Source: Vicugna vicugna (taxonomy: Eukaryota). From it: 64,000 nt of DNA. Location: positions 161,008 to 225,007 of the forward strand of contig MU057951.1 in assembly GCA_013265495.1 (NCBI GenBank). The letters are read 5' to 3'. This document shows, in pieces, positions 26,695-38,100 of this stretch (position 1 is its first letter; each line of letters begins with the position of its first letter). Below the pieces are notes generated by a model. It did not search any database. It was not told the DNA's origin and was given only the letters and a program-made list of their open reading frames with translations. A program made the position numbers and the translations under genes.

Positions 26695-27569
26695 GGGCAG
26701 AAGACCTAAACAAGCAATTCTCCAAGGAAGACATACAAATGATCAAAAAGCACATGAAAAAATGCTCAATATCACTAATTATCAGAGAAATGCAAATCAA
26801 AACTACAATGAGGTATCACCTCACACCAGTCAGAATGGCCGTCATTCAAAAATCCAAAAATGACAAATGCTGGAGAGGCTGTGGAGAAAGGGGAACCCTC
26901 CTACACTGCTGGTGGGAATGCAGTTTGGTGCAGCCACTATGGAAAACAGTGTGGAGATTCCTCAAAAGACTAGGAATAGACTTACCATATGACCCAGGAA
27001 TCCCACTCCTGGGCTTGTATCCAGAAGGAAATCTACTTCAGGATGACACCTGCACTCCAATGTTCATAGCAGCACTATTTACAATAGCCAAAACATGGAA
27101 ACAACCTAAATGTCCATCAACAGGTGACTGGATAAAGAAGAATTGGTATATTTATACAATGGTATACTACTCAGCCATAAAAACCGACAACACAATGCCA
27201 TTTGCAGCAACATGGATGCTCCTGGAGAATGTCATTCTAAGTGAAGTAAGCCAGAAAGAGAAAGAAAAATACGATATGAGATCGCTCCTATGTGGAATCT
27301 AAAGAGTCATGGACAGAGAATACAGACTTGTGGTTACCAGAGGGGTAGAGGGTGGTTAGGGATAGACTGGGATTTCAAAATTGTAGAATAGATAAACAAG
27401 ATAACACTGTATAGCACAGGGAAATATACACAAAATGTTATAAATCACAGAGAAAAAAATGTGACAATGAGTGTGTATATGTCCATGAATGACTGAAAAA
27501 TTGTGGTGGACACTGGAATTTGACACAACATTGTAAAATGATTATAAATCAATAAAAAATGTCAAAAAA
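26695..27569 (+). mobile_element. Young 5'-truncated LINE-1 with perfect 16-bp TSD
   Basis: Open ORF2 C-terminus 26739..27302 with the Cys-rich motif [21 protein letters not shown] aagaattttgttttct at 26679-26694 and 27570-27585. Confidence 0.97.
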
Positions 27570-28005
27570 AAGAATTTTGTTTTCTCTCAGGAACTGTAGA
27601 GAGATTTGTGGTGCTGCTAAATTGCCTGTGAAAATCTAATCTTATCATGATATTTTGGCATGACTGATAGTGAGAGTTGATGAGAAGAGTGAAATTGTGA
27701 ATTGGTCAGTTCAATATACCCTGAATGAAAGCTTTGGCTTTGATTATCAATGGCATTGGTTTAGGATTTGACTATGTTGATCCAAATATCAAAGATTTCC
27801 TCTAAATACTGGATTGAAGATGGAGATCAGTGATTAAAAGTCAAATAAATTTTATGTTAATTAGATCCCTAAATATAGTTATTGATATTTTTTCTTATTT
27901 TTACAAAAATAGCTTTTTTTAAATAATCAAGGTATTATAAAAAATTGATGACCAGAGATAAAACTCCTTAACATTATGGAGAATAATAAACTGACCTAAA
28001 ATATG

Positions 28006-29100
28006 TTTTTTTTTTAAATAAGTTACAGTCAGTTTACAATGCTGTGCCAATTTCTGGTGTACAGCACAATTTTTTAGTCATACATGAATATACATATATT
28101 CATTTTCATATTTGTTTTCACCATGAGCTACTACAAGATCTTGAACATATTTCCCTCCGCTATGCAGTATAAACTTATTTGTCTATTCTATATATACCTG
28201 TCTGTATCTACAAATTTCCAACCCCCTTCGATCCTGGCAACCACAAGTTTGTATTCTATGTCTGTGAGTATGTTTCTGTTTTATATTTAAGCTCATTTGT
28301 CTTACTTATTTTTTTTAGATTCCACATATGAATGATATCACATGGTATTTTTCTTACAGTTTCAGTCTTACTTCACTTAGAATGACATTCTCTGGGGCCA
28401 ACTATGTTGCTGCAAATTGCATTATGTTGTTATTTTTATGGCTCAGTACTATTCCATTGTATAAATATACTACAACTTCCTTATCTAGTCATCTGTTGAT
28501 GGACATTTAGGTTGTTTCCATGTATTACCTATTGTAAACACTGCTGCTATGAACATTGGGGTGCATGTATCTTTTCAAATTAGAGTTCTCTATAGATATA
28601 TGCCCAGGAGTGGTGTTGCTGGATCATAAGGTAAGTCTAATTTTTATTTTTTGAGGAATCTCTGTACTGTTTTCCATAATGGCTGAACCAAACTACATTC
28701 CCACCAACAGTGTAGGAGAGTTCCTCTTTCTCCACACCTTCTCCAGCATTTATCATTTGTGGACATTTTAATGATGGCCATTCTGACTGGTGTGAGGTGA
28801 TACCTTATTGTAGTTTTGATTTGCATTTCTCTGATAATTAGTGATATTGAGCATTTTTTCATGTGCCTATTGATCATTTGTATTTCTTCCTTGGAGAATT
28901 GCTTATTTAGGTCTTCTGCCCATTTTTGGATTGGATTGTTTGTTTTCTTCTTCTTATGTCATATGAGCTGCTTATATATTCTGGAAATCAAGCCTTTATC
29001 AGTTTCATCATTTGCAAAAATTTTCTCCCATTCCATAGATTGTCATTTTGTTTTACTTATGTTTCCTTTGCTGTGCAGAAGCTTGTAAGTTTTGTTAGGT
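28006..29100 (-). mobile_element. 5'-truncated LINE-1 3' end
   Basis: T-tract at ~28006; minus ORF 28644..28877 with [18 protein letters not shown]. Confidence 0.92.
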
Positions 29101-29112
29101 ACTGTATATAAG

Positions 29113-32100
29113 TATTTTTATTGAACTATAGTCAGTTTACACTGTTGTAGCAAGTTCTGGTGTACAGCATAATGCTTCAATCATACATGAACGTACATAT
29201 ATTTGTTTTCATATTCTTTTTCACCATAAGTTACTATATGATATTGAATATAGTTTTCTGTACTATAGCATATAAATTTGAGTATCAATTTTTTATGTAT
29301 TAGTATCTCTAACTCTCAAGCTTCCAATATAATCCTTCCCACCCCTTCCCTCCTGGTAACCTTAAGTTTGTTTTCTATGTTTGTGAATCTGTTTCTGTTT
29401 GGTAAATATGTTTATTTTAAATTCCAATATAAGTGATATCATATAGTATTTTTCTTTCTCTTTTTGGCTTATAGAAGTTAAAATGACAATCTCCAGGTCC
29501 ATTAATGTGGCTGCAAGTGACATTTTTTTTTATATTTTATAGCTGAGTAGTATTGCATTATATAAAGAGCATTTTTAGATGTGCCCATTGGCCATTTGTA
29601 TATCTTTACTGGAGAATTGTTTGTAGCTCTTCTGCCCTTTTTTGGATTGTGTTTTTTTTTCATAGAAAGTAGTATGAGCTGTTTATATATTCTGGAAATT
29701 AAGCCCTTGTCAGTCTCACCTTTGCAAATATTTTCTCCCACTCTGTAGGTTGTCTTTTTGTTTTTCTTATGGTTTTCTTTGTTGTGAAAAAGCTCATAAG
29801 TTTAATTAGGTACCATTTGTTTATTTTTGCTTTTATTTCTATGTCCAGGGTAGACTGCTCTGGGAGAACATTGCTGAGATTTATGCCAGATAATATTTTG
29901 CCGAAGTTTTCTTCTAAGAGGTTTATAATTTGTTGACTTATGTTTAAGTCTTTAAGCCATTTTGAATTTGTGTGTATGTATGTGTGTGTATGGTGTGAGG
30001 GAATGTTTTAAATTCATTGATTTACATGGAGCTGTCCAGTTACTCCAACATCATTTGCTGAAGGGGCTGTCATTACTCCATTGTATGTTCTTGCCTCCTT
30101 TGTCAAAGATTAATTGATGAAATGTTTGTGGGTTCATTTCTGGACTCTCTATTCTGTTCCATTGATCCATGTGTATATCTTTGTACCAATACCATGCTGT
30201 TTTGATTACTGTATTTCTGTTGTTTTGTCAGATGTCTGGGAGGGTTAGTACTCCAGCTTCATTCTTTTTCTTCAATATTACTTTGGAATTTCCAGATCTT
30301 TTTTGATTCCATATAAATTTTGGGATTAATTGTTCTAGTCCTGTGAAAAATGTCCTAAGTAAATTGATAGTGATTGCATTAAATCTGTAGATTGATTTTG
30401 GTGGTATGGCCATTTTAATAACATTCTTCCAATCCAAGAACATGGGATACCTTTCCATTTCTTTAAATCATTTTTAGTTTCCTTAGTTAATATTTTGTTG
30501 TTCTCCACATATAAGTCTTTCACTTCCTTGGTCAGATTTATTCCTATATATTTTATTTTTTAGATGCAATCTTAAAAGTGATAGTTTCTTTACATTCCTT
30601 TTGTGATATTTCATTGTTAGTGTAAAGAAATGCAACTGGTTTCTGTATGTTAATCTTGTACCCTGCTATATTGCCAGATTCTTTTGTCAGTTTTTGTGTG
30701 GAGCCTTTAGGGTTTTCTATATATAGGATCATGCCATTCACATATAATGACAATTTTACCTCTTCTCTTCCAATTTGAATCCCTTATATTTATTTTTCTT
30801 GTCTAATTGCTATGACTAGGACTTCCAATACTGTATTGAATAGAAGAGGTGATAGTGGTCATTCTTGTCTTCTTCCAGATTTAAGCAGGAAAAATTTCGC
30901 TTTTCACTGTTGAGTATTATGTTGACTGTAGGTTTGTCGTAAGTAACTTTTGTTATATTTACATACGTTCCCTCTATACCCACTTTGGTTAATTTTTTTT
31001 TAGCAGAAATGGGTGTTGAACTTTATCAAATGCTTTTTCTGCATCTATTTAGAGGCTCATGCAATTTTTGTCCTTTCTCTTGTTGATATGGTGTATCATG
31101 TTGATTGACTTGTGGATGTTGAGCCATCCTTGTGTCTCCTGGATGAACCTAGCTTCATCATCATGTATAAATTTTGTTATGTGCTGTTGGATTCTGTTTG
31201 CTAATATTTTGTTTGGATTTTTACATCTATATTCATCAATTATATTGGCTTATATTGTTCTTTTTTTGTAGTTTCCTTGTCTGGTTTTGGTATCAGGGTG
31301 ATGGTGGCTTTATAGAATGAGTTTGGGAGTATTTCCTCTTCTTCTATCTTTTCAAAGAGTTTGAGAAAAACCAGAATGAGCTCTTCTTTGTATGTTTGAT
31401 AGAATTCTCCAGTAAAGCCATCTGATCCTGGACTTCTGTTTGCAGAGATTTTTTATTGCTGATTCTTTATCATTTCTTCTGATTGATCTATTCAAATGAT
31501 CTAATTCTTCTTGATTCAGTTTTGGTGGGCTGTATGTTTCTAGAAACTTGTCCATTTTTTCTAAGTTGTCCAATTTATTGCCATATAATTGCTCATAGTA
31601 TTCTCTTATGACATTTTGTATTTCTATGGTGTTGGTTGTAATCTTTCTATTTTAATTTCTTATTTTATTTGTGTCTTATCATTTTTATTCTTGGTGAGTC
31701 TGTCTATGGGTTTGTCAATTTTGTTTACTCTTTCAGAAAATCAGCCCTTGGTTTGATTGATTTTTTTTCTGTTGATTTCTATAAATCTCCATTTTATTTA
31801 TTTCCTCCCTGATCTTTATTATTTCTTTGCTTCTGCTTACTTTAGGTTTTGCTTGTTCTTCTTTTTCTGATTCTTATAAGTGGAAAGTTAGATTGTTTAT
31901 TTGAGATTGTTCTTCTTTTTGAGGAAGGCTTGCATCACTATGAAATTCCCTCTTTGGACAGTTTTTGCTGCAACCCATAGATTTTGTGTGGTTGTATTTT
32001 TATTGGCATTTGTCTCAAACTATTTTTTAAAAATTTCTTCTTTGATTTCATCCTCACCCTAGTTTTTTTAGTAGCATTTTTCTAGTCTCCATGCTGCCAT

Positions 32101-35100
32101 TTTCCTCTCATTTGTTTTTCTGTGGTTGAATTCTTGTTTCATAACATTGTGAACAGAGACGGTGCTTGGAATAATTTCTATCCTTTTAAATATATTGAGG
32201 CTTCTGTTGCGCCCAAGTATGTGGTCTATCCTAGAGGATGTAATTTCCTGAAAATATCAACAAAATCCAACTGTTCTATTATGTCATTTAGAATCTCAAT
32301 TGTTTTATTGATTTTCTGTCTGGAAGACTTTTCCAATGATGTTTTTGGGGTTTTTTAATCTTCTACTATTATTTTATTCCTATCAATTTCTCCCTTTATA
32401 TCTGCTAGTATTTATTTTATTTATTTAGATGTTCCCATATTGGGTGCATATATGTTAACGTGTATAATACCCTCATCTTGCACTGCTACTTTGGTCATTA
32501 TATAGCGTCTTTTTTTCTGTTTTTTATGTTCTTTGTTTTAATGTCTATTTCATCTGATGTGAGTATTGCTACTCCAACTTTCTTGTCATTTCCATTTGGA
32601 TGAAATATATTCTTCCATATTCCCGCTTTCAATCTATGACTGTTCTTCACACTAAACTGGATTTCTTGTAGGCAGCATATTGTAGGCTTTTGTTGTATTA
32701 TCCTGTCTTGCCATTCTATGTCTTTTGATTGGAGCATTTAGATCATTGACATTACAGCAATTATTGATAGATGTTTTTGTTGCCAATGTGAACTTTGTTT
32801 TCACTTGATTTGATATTTCTTCTTTGTTCCTTTCTTTTCCCTTGTGTTATTTCTTTTTGTAATTTGATAATTTTCTTTTGTATTAGGTTAGTTTCTCTTT
32901 GGTTTTTCTAACTCTATTGTATGCTTTTGATTAATTGTTTCCCTGTTTTGCAAGTATGTTTATCCCTTATGTATCTTTGCTTTGGACTGGTATTCATGTA
33001 GGCCCAAATACATCCTAATAAATAGGAAAGGGAAAAAAAAAGAAGAAAGAGAAAAAAATCTACATTTTTTTGCTCCCCAATTCCACCTTCTATGAATTTG
33101 ATGTCCTTTTTTCCTTTCTTTCTTTTTTCTTTTTCTTTACATCTGCACGTTTATTCTTTTGCAGCTCATTGTAGTTATTGCATTTCCAACCATGGTTTTC
33201 CTGTTTCTACAACCTCCTTTTTGTTTTCTATTTAGAGTAGACCTTTAATATTTCTTTTAGTATAGTTTCAGGATTTCGGACTTCATTTAGTGCTGCTTGT
33301 CTGTGAATTTCTTTTTCTCTCAACTACTCTAAAAGATAATCTTGCCAGATAGACTATTGTAGGTTGCAGCTTTTTCTCATTGAGGCCTTTAAAAAAAAAT
33401 CTTGCCACTCCTTTCTGGCCAGCAGTGCTTGGGTAGAGAAGTCAGCCAAAATCCTTATGGTGGTTCCCTTGGAACTAACAATTTTTATTTTTTCCTTGTT
33501 TCCTTTAGAATCCTTTCTTATCATTAGCTTTGTCCATCTTAATTATAATATGTCTTGGTATAGGTCTGTTTTGGTTTTTCTTGTTTGGGGCCCTCTGTGC
33601 TTCTTGTTTTTATTATTTTGTTTGTTTGTTTGTTTTTCTTGAAAGAATGCACGGGGTTTTTTATTGATTTATAATCATTTTACAATGTTGTGTCAAATTC
33701 CAGTGTACAGCACAATTTTTTAATTATACATGAACATATATATATTGTCACATTTCTTTCTCTGTAAACTACCATAAGAACCTGTATATATTTCCCTCTG
33801 CTATACAGTATAACTTTGTTTATATATTCTACTATTTTGCAATCCCAGTCTGTCTCTTCCCACCCTCTGCCCCCATGGCAACCACAAGTATGTATTCTAT
33901 ATCTATGAGTCTATTTCTTTTCTGAATTTATGCTTTTTTTTCTTTAGATTCCACATGAGTGATATCATATGGCATTCTGCTTTCTCTTTCTGGCATACTT
34001 CACTTAGAATCACATTCTCCAGGAGCATCCATGTTGTTGAAAATGGCGTTATGTTGCCGGTTTTCATGGCTGAGTAGTATTCCAATGTATAAATATACCA
34101 CTTCTTCTTTATCCAGTCATCTGTTGATGGACATTTAGGCTGTTTCCATGTCTTGGCTATTGTAAATAATGTTGCTATGAACATTGGGGTGCAGGTGTCA
34201 TCCTGAAGTAGATTTCCTTCTGGATATAAGCCCAGGAGCGGGATTCCTGGGTCATATGGGAAGTTTATTCCTAGTCTTTTGAGGAATCTCCATACTGTTT
34301 TCCAGAGTGGCTGTACCAAACTTCATTCCCACACACAGTGAAGGAGGGTACCCTTTTCTCCACAGCCTCTGCAGGACTTGTCATTTGTGGACTTTTGAAT
34401 GATGGCCATTCTGACTGGTGTGAGGTGATGCCTCATTGTAGTTTTGATTTGCATTTCTCTGACAATTAGTGATATTGAGCATTTTTTCATGTGTCTACTG
34501 ATCATTTGTATGTCTTCCTTGGAGAACTACTTGTTTAGGTCTTCTGTCCAATTTTAGATTGGGTTGTTCATTGTTTTCTTATTGAGTTGTAGAAGCTGCT
34601 TATATATTCTGGAGATCAAGCCTTTGTCGGTTTCATTTGCAAAAATTAAAAATTTTCTTACGTAGGTTGTCTTCTTGTTTTACTTATGGTTTCCTTTGCT
34701 GTGTAGAAGCTTGTAAGTTTCATTAAGTCCCATTTGTTTATTCTTGCTTTTAGTTCTTCCAGAAGAATATTTTTGAGAAATTTGTCAGATAATATTTTGC
34801 CTATACTTTCCTCTAAAAGTTTTATTGTACCTTGTCTTTTGTTTAAATCTTTGATCCATCTTGAGTTGATTTTTGTGTATGGTGTAAGGGAGTTTTCTAG
34901 CATCACTGTTTTACATGCTGCTGTCCAGTTTTCCCAACACCATTTGCTAAAGAGACTGTCTTTATTCCACTGTATATTCTTGCCACCTTTGTTGAAGATT
35001 AGCTGACAAAATTTGTGGGTTCATTTCTGTCTATTCTGTTCCATTGGTCTATATCTCTGTTTCTGTACCAATATCATTCTGTCTTGATGACTGTAGCTCT

Positions 35101-38100
35101 ATAGTATTATCTGAAGTCAGGGAGACACTCCACACTCCACACTCTTTTTTTCTCTTCAGTAATTCTTTGGCAATTCTAGGTCTTTGATATTTCCATATAA
35201 ATTTTATTATGATTTGCTTTAGTTCTGTGAAATATATCCTGGGTACTTTGATAGGGAATGCATTAAATCTATAGATTGCCTTGGGCAGTATGAGCATTTT
35301 CACAATATTGATTCTTCCAATCCAAGAGTATTGGATATGTTTCCAGGTTTTTAAAGCCTTCTTTAATTTCCATCATCAATGGTTAATAGTTTTCTGTGTA
35401 TAATTTTTTCACCTCCTTGGTTACATTTATTCTGAAGTATTTTATTAATTTGCGAGCTATTTTAAGGGGGATTGTTTCTTTACTTTCTTATTCTGTTGAT
35501 TCATCGTTAGTGTAAAGAAATGAAACTGATTTTTGAACATTAATCTTGTCACCTGCTACCTTACTGAATTCTTTAATCAGGTCTAGTAGTTGCTGTGTGG
35601 ACCTTTTAAGCTTTTGTATATGTAGTAACATGTCATTGTCATATAGTGACACTTTTACATCTTCTTTTCCAATTTGCATCCCTTTTATGTCTCTCTCTTT
35701 CCTGATTGCTGTGGATAGGACTTCCAGGAATATGTTGAATAGCAGTGGTGATAGTGGACATGCTTGTCTTGTCCCAGATTTTAGTGGGAAGCTTTTGAGT
35801 TTTTCACCATTGAGTACTATGCTGGCTGTAGGTATGTCATATATACCTTTTATGATGTTGAGGTATGTTCCTTCTATATCCACTTTGACGAGAGTTTTTA
35901 TCATAAATGGGTGTTGAATTTTACCAAATGATTTTTCTGCATCTATTGAGAGAATCATGAGATTTTTGTCCATTCTGTTGTTGATATGATGTATTACATT
36001 GATTGATTTGCATATGTTGAACCACCCTTGGGTCTCTGGGATGAACCCCACTTGGTCATGGTGTATAATCATTTTTATGTGTTGTTGGATTCTATTTGCT
36101 AATATTTTGGTGAGGATTTTGGCCTCTACGTTCATCAGAGTTATTGGCCTATAATTCTGTTTTTTGGTAGTATCTTTGCCTAGTTTTGGTATCAGGGTGA
36201 TGGTGGCTTCATAGAACGAGTCTAGGAGTATTCCCTCCTTTTCAATCGTCTGGAAGAGTTTGAGAAAGACCGATATGAGTTCTTCTTTGTATGTTTGGTA
36301 GAATTCCCTGGTGAAGCCGTCTGGTCCTGGACTTTTATTTGTAGGGAGGTTTTTAATTGCTATTTCTATTTCATTTCTAGTGATCGATTTGTTCAATTCA
36401 TCAGTTTCTTCTTGATTCAGTCTTGGTGGACAGTATGTTTCCAGAAACTTGTCTATCTCTTCTAGGTTGTCCATTTTGTTTCCATATAGTTTTTCATACT
36501 ATTCTCGTATGATATTCTGTATTTCTATTTAATTTGTTGTAATTTCTTCATTTTCCTTTCTTAATTTGCTAATTTGTGCTCTCTCATTTTTCTTCTAGTG
36601 AGTTATGCCAGAGGTTTGTCGTTTTTATTTACTTTTTCAAATACCAGCTTTTGGATTGGTTGGTTTTTTTTTTCGTCTTGTTAATCTCTATTGTGATTAT
36701 TTCCTCCCTAAACTTTATAATTTCCTTCCTTCTGCTGCCATTTGGGGCTTTTTGTTCTTCTTTTCTAATTCATTTATCTGGTGTGTTAAATTGTTTATTT
36801 GAGATTGTTCTTCTTTTTTGAGGAAGGCCTATGTAGCTTTAAACTTCCCTCTTAGCACTGCCTTTGCTGTGTCCCATAGGTTTTGAGTGGTTGTGATTTT
36901 ATTGTCTTTTGTCTCAAGGCATTTTTTAATTTCAGCTTTGATTTCCTCACTGACCCATTGTTTTTTTAATAGCATATTGTTTAGTCTCCATGCTTTCCTT
37001 TAGTTCTCCTTTGTTTCTCTGTTGTTGATTCCTAGTTTCATGGTATTGTGGTCAGTAAAGATGCTTGAGATAATTTGTATTTTCTTAAAATTGTTGAGGC
37101 TTCTTTTGTGCCCAAGTACATGATCAATCCTGGAAAATGTTCCATGTTCACCTGAAAAGAATGTATATCTTATTTTTTGGAGGTGTAATGTTCTGAAAAT
37201 ATCCACCAAATCTAATTTTTCTATTTAATTTCTCTGTTACCTTATTATTTTTCTGTTTGGAAGATCTGCCTCGTGATGTTAATGCAGTGTCAAAATCTCC
37301 AACTATGATTGTATTCCCATCAATATCCCCCTTCATCTCTGTTAGTAATTGTTTTATGTACTTAGGTGCTCCTATATTTGGTGCATATATATTAATGAGT
37401 GTAAAACCCTCATCTTGTATCACTCCTTTAATCATTATAAAATGTCCTTCTTTATCTTTCTTTATGGCCTTTGTTTTAAAGTCTGTTTTGTCTGAAATCA
37501 GTACTGCAACACCTGCTTTTTTGGCTTTTCCATTTGCATGGAATATCCTTTTCCATCCTTTCACTGTCATTCTATATGTGTCCTTTTCCCTAAAGTGGGT
37601 CTCTTGTATGAAGCGTATGGAAGGTTCTTGCTTTATTATCCAGTCTGCCACTCTAGGTCTTTTGAGTGTAGCATTTATTCCATTAACATTTACAGAAATG
37701 AATGATTGATGTGTGTTTATTGCCATTTTGAATTTATCTTTGCAGCTGATCTGGCATTTCCTCTTTGTTCCTTTCTTCTTCCTTTTGTGGTTTGGTACTT
37801 TTCCTTTGTGTTATCATGGATTTTATTTAGTTTTTGTGACTGCCTTGTAATTTTGGCTTGTGGTTACTCTTTTTTGTAAATCTATTAGCCCATTACTATA
37901 ACTGTTTTTATTAAACTGATAGTAACATGATCTCAAACCCATCCTACCAAGAAAAATTTTAAAAAAGAAAGAAAAGAACATTCTACATTTCCCTGCCTCC
38001 CTCTCCCACTCTTAATGATGTGTATATCTTCTTTTATAATTTTGTGTTTTTTTCATTTGTAATTCATGAGTTATCACCTTTCCAGTTGTGAGTTTCTCAT

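Noticed and set aside
35488..36474. 328-aa RT ORF as an active or novel reverse transcriptase
   Set aside because: Fragment of L1 ORF2 with the catalytic motif mutated (YDND) and frameshifts on both sides.
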